From: Bacillota bacterium
GTDB taxonomy: Bacteria > Bacillota > Clostridia > Christensenellales > UBA1242
NCBI GenBank assembly: GCA_009784185.1
Contig: WRCD01000001.1
Location: forward strand, 129,698 to 193,697
DNA: 64,000 nucleotides
Reading direction: 5' to 3'
Below, one piece after another: positions 1-13,800 of this stretch (its first letter is position 1; every line of letters begins with the position of its first letter). The position numbers and the translations under genes were made by a program. The notes beneath the pieces are model-generated. The model had not been told where the DNA came from and searched no databases. It was given only the letters and a program-made list of their open reading frames with translations.

Positions 1-1
1 T

Positions 2-1861
2 GATGTTGCGTACTCTAATTATGATTCAAGCTACTTGCCGGATATAGGGGTATATGTTAACTACACAAAGCGGGCAAGCGTTGCCGAAGGCAAAGGACAA
101 TTCGTGCTGGAAGGTCCTGATTTTCCTGTATTTAGTGAACATTCCGACGGGGTGGTTGTATACAAGTCTCTCGTGTACTATTCTTACTACATTCAGGCAA
201 TGGGCACACAAGGTGACGACAACACTTCCGGATTTGTAAACTCAAACATAAGCGATGAGCGCGGTGCATACAAAATGCCGCAGCTGCAAAGTATTACCAT
301 AGGTGCGGAAGAATTGTTTCTGACCTGGCAGGGGCCGGACGATATAGAACTGCCGGAAGACATTTTGGCTGATATGTTTGTTGTATCATACAGAATATCA
401 AACAAGTTTAGACTTGAAGACGGGGACGGGGATGATGTGGGAGAAAAGACAATAATCGGCACAAATAAAATGCCGTTTTGGACATTGGGCACATATGACC
501 TCAGTATTTCGGCGGCCATGAGCAATGACTCGGTATTCCGTTCGGACGCATTGCCTGCAGGCAACAGTTTTGTGTTTAACAAGTTCCAGAGCGGTAACGG
601 AAGCAAGGATAAACCATTTATTATAAACGACAAAACCCCTGTAAACGAAACAGCTGCAGGCAGTGAGGTAGCTAAGCTTGATTATATCAGGCACATACCA
701 ATGTGCTGGTTTGAACTGGGTCAGGATATAGAGCTGCCCGCCCTTGGCAATCAAGGCACAAATTTTATAAGTATCGGCACAGCAGCCGAGCCGTTTACGG
801 GCGGACTTAACGGAAAAAAATTCAGCATAAGCAATTATAGAACCAACAACCAAAAAACTGCTGCGTTGTTTAACTATATAGACGGCGGAACTGTTAAAAA
901 CCTGAATTTAAAAGATGTTGATATTTACGGCGGGCCTAATGCGCCAGAAGTTGAGGCCGCTGCTATTGCAAGATATAATAACGGCACCATATACAACTGT
1001 CATGTGCTTGCTACCGTGGCAGGCAGCAGAATATATAATAATGCCACAAACAACAATAATTCGCGTGCCGGCGGGCTGGTTGTGTTTAACGAACCCATGG
1101 GCGTTATAAGCAACAGCTCAAGCAATATGACCATTACGCTTGAATGCAACGTTCCGGTTACATACGCCGGCGGTATTGCGGCAGAAAACAAAGGAAAGAT
1201 AGAAAAAAGCGCAAACAAGGGCATAATAACGGCAAATTACGCAGGCGGAATAGTTGCAAGCAATATATTCGGCGGAAATGTTGTTGTGTGTAAAAACGAA
1301 GGCGCTGTTAATGGCGAAGGAAAAAATACGGGCGGTTATGCATCTAACGGGCAGGCGGGAGGAATTGCCGGGCTTAACAACGGTGATATTCTGCTATGCT
1401 ACAATACAGCCGATATCACCAGCGAAAACTTTTCCGGTGAGACCTGGATAGTTTATGCCGGCGGAATCGTTGGCGAAAACCAGAGTAGCGGCAAAATAAA
1501 CAATTGCTACAGCAGCGGCTGGATCAAACTCTTAGAACGGCCAAACACCAATTTTAAAGGCGGGATTGTAGGATACAACTGGGCCCCACATTCGGAATTA
1601 TTAAACAATGTGTTTTATCAGGGAGAGGGACCAGTGTTTGACGGCTTTACCGGAGCCGGAACCCAGGCCCTTGCCGGATATAGTAGGGGGGTATTAATAC
1701 CTAGCAGCTATACTGATGCCGGTGCTTACAAAACTATGTCAGAACTAAAAACAGATTCCGCAGTAGTAGTCAGGTTAAACAACGGATACGAGGCGTTTAA
1801 TGGTGGTTTGGGGGCGTTTAATGGTGGTTCGGGCGCGTTACCGACACTTTGGTGGGAATAA
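2..1861 (+). CDS. GLUG-motif repeat surface protein, 5'-truncated by window edge
   Basis: The frame is open from the window edge, with no stop upstream of the ORF-track start at 35. Repeated (Y)AGG[IL][AV]..N.G.I motifs (AGGLVVFN, YAGGIAAEN, YAGGIVASN, AGGIAGLN, YAGGIVGEN, KGGIVGYN) are typical of GLUG/beta-helix repeats. The gene ends 16 nt before the giant ORF. Confidence 0.6.
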   Translation, partial: DVAYSNYDSSYLPDIGVYVNYTKRASVAEGKGQFVLEGPDFPVFSEHSDGVVVYKSLVYYSYYIQAMGTQGDDNTSGFVNSNISDERGAYKMPQLQSITIGAEELFLTWQGPDDIELPEDILADMFVVSYRISNKFRLEDGDGDDVGEKTIIGTNKMPFWTLGTYDLSISAAMSNDSVFRSDALPAGNSFVFNKFQSGNGSKDKPFIINDKTPVNETAAGSEVAKLDYIRHIPMCWFELGQDIELPALGNQGTNFISIGTAAEPFTGGLNGKKFSISNYRTNNQKTAALFNYIDGGTVKNLNLKDVDIYGGPNAPEVEAAAIARYNNGTIYNCHVLATVAGSRIYNNATNNNNSRAGGLVVFNEPMGVISNSSSNMTITLECNVPVTYAGGIAAENKGKIEKSANKGIITANYAGGIVASNIFGGNVVVCKNEGAVNGEGKNTGGYASNGQAGGIAGLNNGDILLCYNTADITSENFSGETWIVYAGGIVGENQSSGKINNCYSSGWIKLLERPNTNFKGGIVGYNWAPHSELLNNVFYQGEGPVFDGFTGAGTQALAGYSRGVLIPSSYTDAGAYKTMSELKTDSAVVVRLNNGYEAFNGGLGAFNGGSGALPTLWWE

Positions 1862-1877
1862 ACAGAAGAGGTAAACT

Positions 1878-4800
1878 ATGAGTTATAGTTACGGGCAGAA
1901 GAGCGGCAAGAAGCGGACATGGATATACATAGTATCGGCAGTTGCCGTTGTTTTGGCAGCCGCTATTGTTACGCTTGTAATTACGCTAAGGCCGGGTAAT
2001 GTACCGGAGCCGGAGTACAAGCTCAGCGCGCCAAGCAATTTGGTGGTAGTGGTTGAAAATGGGCGGCATCTGGTTAAATTCGGGGCTGTTACAAATGCCA
2101 AGAGTTATGACCTTCTTATAGACGAGTCCAGAGTTACAATATACGGCAGCGACCTGCCGCTGGTTGAGTTTGATATAACCAATTGGATGACAGACTATAA
2201 GCAATATGCAATAAGCGTAAAGGCAAGAGCTGCAAATTCCGAATTTGATTCGGATTATACCACTAATATACCTCACAACAACACAACCCGGCTTGCTTCG
2301 CCTCAGTTGGAGGTTGATTTAACAGGGTCGGTTTTAATGTGGAACAGCGTACCAAGGGCTGATATGTACAAGGTAACTATTGATACGGTGGATTTTCTTA
2401 CCTCGCGCCTGGTTTTTGATATTGCTGCAAACTTGCCGGCAATTGCGCATTTAGGCATTGGAAGCTACGACATGAAGGTTGCGGCACACAACAGCAACAG
2501 TGCGTTTGTTTTAGATTCGCTGCCCAGTAATATCTTAAAGTATGTTATAAACACGGAGCTGTCTGCGCCCGCCAACCTAAGGATAGATGATATGGGCGGC
2601 AGTTTGATAGTAAGCTGGAGTCCGGTAAGCGGTGCCAGCTGTTATGAGCTGGAACTTTTACATGGCGGCACATCAACCGAACTGGGATATACAAACGACC
2701 TGGCATTTGATATAACAAGCCTGGTAAGCAACCCGCTTGAGTACGCCGTAAGAGTAAGGGCAATAGGAGCGCCTTTTGTTGCAACCAGTCCGTTTACCGA
2801 GCCGGTTGTGTATCAGAAGTTTGTAACACATGCCGCTCCTGCAGGTCTTGCCGCGGTTAAAGAAGGAAATCAGCTGATTATCACCTGGGATGCCGTTCCC
2901 GGTGCGTTAAGTTATAACCTTGTGGTTGGAACCGACCTTGGTTTTCCGTTTGTCAGCGGAGACTCAATTTCCATTACTGCAACACGGGCGGTTGTTCCGC
3001 TAAGCTCGTCGGACGACGGAATTTATAATATAAAAGTCAGGGTAAATGCGGGGCCGGCCTTTTACAATGCTTCGGAGTTTTGTGAGCCTATAAGGGTAGA
3101 TGTAAATACGCAGCTTGACACGCCTGTTGGCTTGGCAGTAGGCGGGGCGGCGGGTGCGGAATTTTTAACCTGGCAGCATATTCCGTATGCTACAAACGGA
3201 TATCTGGTAAGGGCATACAGCGGCGGTTCGGTTGTAGCCAGCGCAACGGTTAAAGACAACTGGGCTGCCCTTGGCAGCTTGGTATCCGTTTCGGGAGAAT
3301 ACAGGCTTACCGTACAGGCCATAGGCTACAAATTTTATGCTGCATCGGCAGAAAGCGCAAGCCTGCTGTATGTTATTAAATATGTGCTGCCGGCTCCGGT
3401 GCTTTTTAAGGTAGAGGTAAAAGAGGTAGAAGCAGAAGAGGAAACCGATACAAGCTCCGAAGAGGAAGTGATTAACTATCGCGAATATCTGGTTTGGACG
3501 AAAGTAGGTCAGCCTGCATCACAAATTTACTATAGCATATGGTTCAGCGGTCTGGGAGTATCGGGCTGGGTAACGGATATTGACGGCAAAAGGGTTAATA
3601 TACGTCAGGATTCGGAAAGCTTTATGCGCACGGACCCGGTTTTGGGGTTGGTTGAAGTGTTTATTTATGATATAACCGACTTTTTAGATGCCGGCAACTT
3701 GCCGTATGTATTCAGAGTAAAAGCATTTCCCGAGCCGGGCAATAACGTGGAATTGGAATCAGTGTTTTCAAATGAGCAGGCATACGGCCCAATCACGCCT
3801 TTCGGTACTCCTGACAATGTAGGTGTTGATTCGGCGTTTGTGCTGACATGGGAGCGTGTTCCGGGTACACGTAACGGATATTATGTAATGCTTAACGGCA
3901 AGCTGATAAATTCTGATGAGGGGACAACAACCCATTTTGTAAATTCTTTTAACCTGATTAATCACTTAAGGCCGGGTGAAAATACCGTAAGCGTATGTGC
4001 GGCCGGCTACGGAAGGTTTTTACAGTCTCCGTTCAGCGCTCCTATAACGGTTAATTACACCGTCATTAAACTGGCGGCGGTTACCGACTTTAATGTATCG
4101 GCCAGGATTGTGGGCGGCACAATACGGTATCAGGCAAACTTTAACAGCGTACGTCATGCCACACATTACATTATTGTTGTTGAAGATGACGAGGGCAATT
4201 CCATAATTGTTAAGCGTCCTGTTCCGCTTGGATTAAGTCTGTTGATTTCAATTGAAATACCGGAGGACCTGATTGAGAAAAGCGGCACAACAATGTTCAG
4301 TATTGTGGCAGCGTATCTGCACGAACATGCACTTCCGGGCAGCGAAGATTACACAGGCTGGATAATAAACTCGAATAAATTTGAATATTATTACCACGAT
4401 TTAGCCGTGCTTGCAACTCCGGTGCCTGTTATTAGCGAAGATGCTTTCGGCAGGTGGTGGGTCAGCTGGGGTGCAATAGACAGAGCCACAGGCTATGCTT
4501 TCAGCGTTTCGGTGCAAAATGCCGTAAGCACTCCAATTTCGCTTACGCTTAGCGGAGGAACAACCGCCTACGAGCTTACCGATTATTTTGCCGCAAACGG
4601 CGGAGCAAAGTATCAGATTGTTGTCCGGGCAATCGGAAACAACTTACTGATAGCAAACAGTGCGGCTGCTATGTTAATTTATGACAGAAAGCTTCAGCTT
4701 GCAACTCCCGATATCAGCGTTGAGGTGCGCAACGGCCGCCATGAGGTTGTGTGGGAGGTTGTGCCGTACGCTACGGTTTACAACGTGCGCGTTTACAAGG

Positions 4801-7800
4801 ATTATGCAATAAATGGCACTTCAGTGACTGTGGTTAACCAAAACACCAGTTTCTTAGGCAGCCCCGACAACAAAGTCAGGCTTGATATTGAACCGCAGCT
4901 GTCGGCCGCATTTCCGGGAATATACACTGTTGTAGTTACGGCAATCGGGCATAAACAGATACCGGATGAGGCAATAGGAGAATATTATTATCAGGCCAGT
5001 TTGGAGGCGGAACTGCTGTATACATACAGTCCGCCGTTAAGCAGTCCCAATTTTAGAACCGTGACCAGCGGTGAAACAATTACGGTAGAGATTATTGCTG
5101 TCCAGAATGCGGTTAGCTATGAAGTTTACGCTTCCAGAACCGGCTGGAATGCCGGACAGCTGAGTCTGGCTGAGCTGGTTGAAAGCGGAACAAGTTTATC
5201 TTACAATATTTCCGGCTGGTTTTATCCCAGCTCCACAGCGTTTTTTGGGAGCCCGGGTGAAGTGTATTTTGGTGTGCGCGCAATAGCAAGCCCAACAATT
5301 CCGAGCGGGTCTACAGTCTGGTATCAAGACTCGCTTTGCCCATCATCACAAATTTATGTTCATTACGGCAAGCTGGATATGGTTTCAAATGTTGAAATTA
5401 TTCAGTTGTTTAATCATCCGCAAAGCACTGATGACTACGGAATTGTGTTTGTATCATGGCAGGCTCCGGCAAACTCGTTGGATTTTGAAATTAAGGTAAC
5501 CGGCAGTGCAGCAATAGACGTTCCAAGCAACATGATTACAGATTTAGGCGGCGGCAGATTCGGCGCATATTTAAACTCAGGTTACTTCTCGAAGATTCCA
5601 CAACAGAACAGCTATACCATTGAAATCAGGGCTTCCGATAATCTGGCGGCATTTTATCTTGCGTCAAACTGGAACCGTCATGACTTTACGTATTGCCTTC
5701 AGTTTGAAACTGCTAACGTAAGTTTTGTAGGCGGAAGCAAGGTTCTTGAGGCAACACAAAGCCTGCTGGAAATTGTGTTTGAACGGCCCAACCTGGCAGC
5801 CAGAAGCTTTGCGATACACGTAACAGACAGGCTTAATAACATAGTATTAACGCCTATTACGTTTACTCCTTCAGCGGGCCTTAACCCAATAAGCTACAGT
5901 CTTACTAATTTCAGTGAGATTACTACAAAAGCCGGAGTATACGAGGTAAGGGTAGAGGTTTTGGGCTCGGGCGTTTGGGCAAACAGTCCGCTCAGCACGC
6001 CGGTATATTGTATCCGGCACGAGAAGCTTGCGGCAACGCAGGACTTGTTTATTGTAAAGGTGGAGTCTGCAGCAGAGCTTCGTTTTACGCCTGTAGCAAA
6101 CAGCGAGACATATACTCTGGAGTTTTTTAGAGAGGATTGGCCGCTGGAAACTATAGTTATAACGCGCGGGGAATGTGTTCCTTCCGGAAGCCGCTTAGTG
6201 TATTCCATACCAACAAATCTTGTAGATGTTGCAACCAGTTATAAATATACGGTTAAGCTGTACAGCAATGATGTAACAGCTTCCGTAACTATTCCGTCCG
6301 AGTTTACGGGCATCTTACCAAACGGCTACACATACCTTGCGTATCTTAAGTCTGATGCAGCTGAAACCAATTACGAGGCGGATGGCGCGTTAAGCCCTCC
6401 AGCCTATTTGGAGCTTGTAGTTATTGAAGGCGTAAGGTATTTAACCTGGACTCAGGTCTGGACTCAGGTAACGTATCCGAGCAGCGGCTTGCCGGTTGAC
6501 TCCTATAGGCTTGCGTATGTGCTTAGAGACGCCAACGGCATCTATTTCATGCCGGACGGCACGGTTGTTCCGTGGGAGGAAGACACATATTTTGATGAAA
6601 GCGTGGGTGACTGGGTCACCAGATATTATCAGAGACACAATGATTATTTATTAGCGGAGTTGTCCGCGGTGCTTACAAGCGCTAATGTAATTGTTGGGCA
6701 AAACGGAGTTTATGTGGACGATGGAAGAGTATATTATCCGCTTACGGATACCTTAACCACCGCAAATCTCCACCTCACATATTATTACGCAATTGCATTG
6801 CTTGCAGAAGGCAATAATGAGCACGGCAACAGTGATGTTGTACTTGCTACTCTGCTGCCGGCGCCAAGGGACGCGCCCGAAATTGTTTTGGCCGACCCGG
6901 CACTCTCTCCCGATTTTTACATAAATAAAACCGGCGGAACAATTACATTGAGTTTTAAAAACGAGCTGTCAAGCCAGCTTGGGCTGTACACAGAAGACGG
7001 AAAGCCGCGCTGGGAAAATATATATTCGCTTAGTATTAACGGCAAAGAACAATGGGCCATTAACGATGATAACGCAAGTTTTAATGCGGTAACGAGTATT
7101 ATAACTATAGACTCCGTGTGGCTTGCAGAAAAGCTGAGGGGCGAATACGAGCTGGTTAAAGACCATCATAATTTTAACCGATACTTTAGTATCAAGCTGT
7201 ATGCGCATGCGGTTAACGGAGTTATACTGACAGAGGTAAAAGAGGACCCAGCTCCAAACTACGATATTCCAAACGGAAGTTTTGAGCAGATAATTTACGG
7301 CAATGCGGTTATGTATGAGGAACGCATCATTGAATTAAACTGGCTGGCGCCGTACTTGTACGATGAGCCTATAATAATAACAAGCGTGGAGGATGATGCC
7401 AGCAACAATTATGTTATAAACTTCAGCGGTGACCTAAGACATGCAACCGGGTTTGTTATAGAGGTTTGCGATATAAACGGAGACCCGAATAGTCCTGCAA
7501 CGGTGCTGACAATTAAGATTGGCACGCCCGGTCAAAGCAGCTATAGTCTGGACTTTACCAGTGTACTTGCCGGTTTAAGCCCTATGGAGTATACCGTAAG
7601 GCTATATGTCTACAGCGATACATGTAAAAGGGTATACGGCCAGCGTTCCAGTTCTGACCAACCATATTATAAATCATTTAGAAGATATGCCCTTGAAAAT
7701 ACGGTTGATGTTTTCAGCATATCGGGAGGCTTAAGCAATATACTTAGCTTTGATGCTCCTGCAGGCTACACCATCAACAATTCATTTGAGCTTGAAATAG

Positions 7801-10800
7801 GCAGAAACGTAGGCGGCCAGATTAAGTTTGGCGAAGAGGGCAGAACCTTTACTCTTGGTGGACCGGGCGGGATTGCACTCAGCACATCCGGCGGCGCATT
7901 GACAGCAGACTTAACGGGGCACTTAATAGAACTGGAGGGCGATTATTTATATGCCCGCATACGTATGCTATCACGAGGCACATACTACAAAGATTCACTA
8001 TGGTCGGCGTATGCCGGATTCAGTCATCAGATTAAACTTGTTATATCCGGTCTTAAAGTAAGCATTACACCGGATTTGCCGGCAGATTTGACCAGTCAGG
8101 AGTTTAACGTAAAACGTTTGGAGTTAACCGGCTTTGTGCGCGGCGCTGATATGTTTACAATAGACATTAAACCATCTTCAGGCACAGAGTGGCAGTCCTT
8201 TACGTATTTCATGTATGCCGGGGCTATTGACGTTTCGGGTGTGATACTTCAGCCGGGCGAGTATGATGTGAGATTTACGGCGCTTAATAACGGCGAATAT
8301 TATTTGGGCGGCAATACTGAAACAGTAAAAATTGAGGTTTGGTTTATGCATGCAGAGCCGACCAATGTTACACACACGGTAAAATACGCAATGGGAGCAA
8401 CCCAAGCCGAAGACGAATATAACCCAACAAGCGTGATTGTTAATTTTGGCAATGCTATTATTAACAAGACGTATAACATAAGGCTGTTGGACCCTCTGAG
8501 CTTAACTGAGTTGCATATTTCCGGGATAATTTATGGGGTAGGCGGATTTGAAATTATAGATATATTAAATCAGTTGCCGCCAAGAAGTTATATTATAAGC
8601 GTAAGTGCTCCCGCCAGCGGATATTTCTTAGAATCGAAGCAAGTATTTTCTTCGAGCGGCAGCGGAGTTTATAAGCATCAGTATAGGATGCCGCAGGCGG
8701 AAGAAGCGGCGCTTACGCATATTATGGAGTACGATGCTCCCGAGCCTTACACCGGTTTTGTGCGGGCGCACGGATATATTTATTTTACACATTCCAGCCA
8801 GCTGCCCGGTCACGGGCTGCCGTTTGACGCGTTTAACGGTGAGAGTTATGTCCCGGTTTATGCAGGCTACAACGTATGGGTCAGGGACAATAAAGGAAAC
8901 AGCGCGAACTACAACTGCTTTGTCGGCAAAAATGAATCGGGCTTCTTTATAAAATCCGGTGCCGATGGGTTTACAATTAATCCGTTAACAGGCGAAATAA
9001 GGTTTGATATCTCCGTCTTTGCATATTCAACCGGACGGATTAATAATCCATATATTTCCGGATATTACTATTATACAATCACCACATTGGTGCCCGGCGA
9101 GTTTACGTCTAACATGGATGTGCGTGCAAGCCCTCCGCTGTATCAAGACTACAGTATGGGCGGCAGAATGTTCAACTTTTTAATAAAATACCCATACCGT
9201 CCGGAGGAGCTGACGCTTATGAACGGCGAAACAATCGGCAAAAACACCTGGCTGTATTGGACGCTGGCGGGGCCGGAGGCCGCAGCCGGCAACGTACGGT
9301 TTGTGGTATCTATTAACGGCAAAGAACATTTAATTAATTTAATAGGCGCGCCAACGTCTGCTCCCGGCATATACAGTTATAGCCTGTTTAGCATAGATGG
9401 CCTTATAATGGACTATCTGCGCGGCGGTGACAACCGGATAAGAGTGGCAGTTGAAGCAATGCCCGACAAGCATTTTTCGCGCGGTGACTGGAGTGATGAA
9501 ATACCGGTAAACGGCTACCAGGTAGTGCTTCCTGCGCCAAACGTAAACTGGGGCAGCAATAATGTTGTTTCATGGAACAACCAGCTTAACAGCAACTGGG
9601 ACAACATAGATACAGTATGGTATGAAGTTATAGTTGCATACGACACAGACTCGACTGCAGAGAAAAACGGCAGCGGGTATGAGGATATTCACACCTGGAC
9701 AATGCCCAGAAGTCCGAATCCGGAAATGAGCTTTAATTTGTATGATATGCTGTGGGGGACGGATTATTTAAATGGCCTATCACTGAAAAACGGAGCATAC
9801 CGGTTAACTATTAAAATTATAAGTTCAAACTCAGCCTATACTCCTTCGGAGGCTGCCGTTTGGCGGCAGTTTAAAGACCCGTTTGCCATGCCGGCGGATG
9901 TAGCTGTAGTGGTAACGGTTAACGGCAGCACTTTGCTGGCGGACGACAAAGAAGCTTATACTAGCAACGAAACCGAAACAAAAATTAATGTAAGCTGGCT
10001 TAGAGTTGAAATGGAAATGTCCGACAGCACTAAGGTATATCCAAAAAAATACATGATACAGGTATTTCTTTCTGTCGGCACCAACAGTGAAATAATAAAA
10101 GGTGAATATGAAATCTGCCTTGACACCAACGACGAGCGCCTGACATATGACTCGGTTACAAATAAGTATACATATGACATCTGGGCAGATTTCAAAAATC
10201 AGCGTGGAGGCGGAGACTATGTTGTATATGTAATAGCCATAGGCGAGTCCAGCGACCTCTTCAGTTCAAGCCCAAGGAGTAACAAAACCCCGGCCGCTCA
10301 GTTCAAGCATTATGTAAAGCTTCCTGTGCCGCAATTGCCTGCAACTTTAAGTTTAGACTTCACCGGCGAGGGCTGGTCAATATCGTGGAATGCTTATGAG
10401 GCTGATGGAGTATTGGGATACGAACTTAGCGTGGTTGAAATTAATGGTTTTGCACTAGAAGAGCATAAAATTAGAATAACTACAACATCAAACCGGCACT
10501 TTGCAAGCAGCAACAATACCTCAGGCGGCAATTTTTACTTAGACCAGGGCGCCTGGAACACGGTTAGGTTAAGGGCTATAGGAAATCCGGACTTTTATGT
10601 AAATTCCGACTACTCGCAAGTTGTGTATTATAATCTGCCCAAAGCTTTTCCACCGAGAGATTTTGCCGTGTTAACAAACCAGCCTGGCCGGGTTGAGGTA
10701 AACGAAACAACCGTCAGGGCCCAAACCGCCGAAGTGACCTTAACGTGGAGCTTTTTAAACCAGAACGATGCAGAACACTACATGTTGCTGGTTATGGACG

Positions 10801-13800
10801 AAAGCGGAATAAGCCATTGCAACACATTATACTTTTGTGTGGACAGGGAGAGTTTGCGCCGGAACATTTACTTGTGTAATTCAGAAGGCAAACGCATAGA
10901 TTTTGCCGGTACCCTCGGCGGCAATGCGCTGCTGGGCAGCCTGGATGGTGACCTTACCGGAAGCTTTGTAATTAATATTCCTGCGTGGGTGCTGTTTGGC
11001 GACTATGAACAAAGCACCGGCCCTGGCAGGTACAAGATTCTTCTTAGCGGCTATAATCCGAATCTGCAGGAATTAGGCGTCTATGGCCCGAGTCCGTTTC
11101 AGTTTATCTACAGAATCAGGCTGGATAGCCCGGTTGTGGAAATAGTTACAAATTTGGGGCCAGGATTGGATTATATTACAGCGCAGCAGGTACATGAGCG
11201 CAGTTTTGAGTTTACGGTTAATGTCAGCAATATGTCACACAATGCAAAAAGCTTTACATTAACGCTGGAGGTTTATAATAATAACAACGGATGGGTGCCT
11301 TTACCAAATGGTGCCACGACAATAGTTGAAATTAAGCGTGGTGAAGAAGACGGCAAGTGCAGTGTAGTGATAAGTAAAGAAAGTTACAGCGGTCTTTTTG
11401 ATCAGCTTATGTTGTACGCGCCCGCTACGTTCAGAGTGGTTGTTCAGGCAAAGGCTGAGGACACCTTGTATACAGACAGCTACCAAAGAACAGAAAGCCA
11501 ACAGATAAACCGCCAGATGGTTGCGCCCACATTTGAGCTGCTGATAGATGATATATTTGAAAGAAGCAACCTGAAATCAGGGGAAATAGATGACAAGAAT
11601 CGGCTTACAAACCTTAACACCAACGGTACTGCGTGCGACCTTTATGTGAAAGACGACAATGAAGGCCGTCAGGGCAGCGAATATGATGCTATAGGGCAAT
11701 ATCAGCTGGTTGGCAGGCTGAACGGAGTTGGAAGCTGGAGTGATATTGGCGACCCCATATTAGGCGGAAACTTTAAAAATCCTGCTGCTAATGAGGGCAC
11801 TTACACTATAGCAGGCCTCGGTTCCATATACCAAATGCTCCGTACCTGGCTGTGGGAGAAACATAGTCAAACAGGAGGAGGAATTGTTGAGCTTGCGCTT
11901 ATAGCTGTACCGGATGCATTATCAGGATGGAAAAACAGCCCTATGCCCGAAGGTGATTTGAATGCAAAAACACAGACAATTGCGTTTTATGTACGCTCTG
12001 GGGTTGTGGATACGGTATCGGTTGATGATTTACGGGCGGACATAGACTATTCCAACACCGGACCAAATATGAAACATACAACATACGACGCGTATATCCC
12101 AACTACTATAAGGCTTAATTGGAATGTCCATGAATCCAACAGTACAAACTACCGCGTTACGGTTGCGCCGTTTAACAGAAAGGACAAGACTCCAAATATG
12201 CCGTGGGGAGAATCCGGTTTTTCCATGCCGCAAGCCGGAGTAAAGACTATTGGCGGCCTTGGCGGTACGGGGCTTCAATCAAACCAAAACATTGCAAGCG
12301 GGTTTAACAATAATTTTAATTATAGCAATTTTGATGTTTATCACGGCGGAGTGGGCTATAATGCAAGCAAAGAGGCGGGCGGAGTTGGCTGGTGGGAGGT
12401 TTATGTTGAAGCAATAAAACCGAATGATGGCGGTGAGTTTATGGGCGCAGGATATCCGAGTGAGGCGTATCAGTTCAGGATTATGCTAAAGCTGCGGTCA
12501 ACCCAAATCGACGACCCAAACAAACAGGGTCTTTCAATCAGTGCCGGTGCAGTAAACGGAGTGGTGCCCGGGCAAAATTATATATTTGACGAAACTAAGA
12601 GAGTGAATATAAATAGTCTTACATCCCCTTCTGTATATTACCTGGTTAAGGCGCATGATCTTCAAACAATTAATCCAGACACAGCCAAAAGAATGGGACC
12701 GCTGTTAAAGGTTGACAGATTCAGAGTAGAAACAAATGTCGGCACAAACGGAAGCATAGGCGTATCTAGCTTGTTTGCCGATGATGTGGAGGGCGGAAGT
12801 TACGGGTATTCTGTAACCGCGCTTGACCCAAGCGGCGGGATAGTGTTTTTTGACTCAAATCCGGTGGCGGTTGCCGCCGGCCATGAATATGCGTACAACC
12901 ATGTTGCCAGAATAAACTATACCAACCGGACCACCGGCGGCGTAATTTATAATTACAACACCGGCGAACAAGCATATGGCAACAACAACGGCATATACAA
13001 CAGCGTTATTGCAGAAGTAAAAACGGTTCTTACAACAACCCCACCCAACAACAGGCTGGATATTACATACAATAATCATCCGTTTGCAACTCATTACGCC
13101 ACATATTATGTTCAGGCAATAGGGGAGACTTCTTCTGCGTGGGTGCGGGCAACACAACTAGAAGGCTCTTCTGCAGCACCTGGTCAATCAACCGCAATTC
13201 CTACGGACCGCCCGGCCAACTTTACGCGAAACTTTAACTTCGCTCCGGCATTTTTTGGAGTAAATGTTGATAAAAACATTAACGACACTAGCGCTAATAT
13301 AGCCAATTATCTGGCAGGTTGGGTGAGCAGCAATACATTTGGAGGGTACTTGCAGCCGGGCGAAGGAATGTTTGTGGTAGTGGCCTGGAACGCTCTAAAG
13401 TCAAACGAAGTTTTTATCGACAAGCGTCATGCAAACTTTATAACCTACAACTACAACTTTGAAGATAAGCAAAATACCAGTACAGGACAAAACACAAGCT
13501 TTACAGTTGGGCACAACGCGTACAGTTCAAGCTCCAGCCACTGTGAGTACATGAGTATGTCCCCCAAAAACTACTGGGTTACACCGGCTAATCTTAGTTT
13601 TGCGCCCTCCAACGCCCTTCCGCAGCTTGAGCCCAAGCTGTATATTGAGGCGGTAAAGTTTAATGTTAGAAACTTTACACAAGCCGACCTTAATGCTCCC
13701 AACCTGCAAACAAAAAGAGGCAACGGCCAGGCAGGCGGTAATGCCGGTAAAATTACGGAGTTTAGTTGGAGAAGTATTCCGGGCGCAATCGGGTACTCAA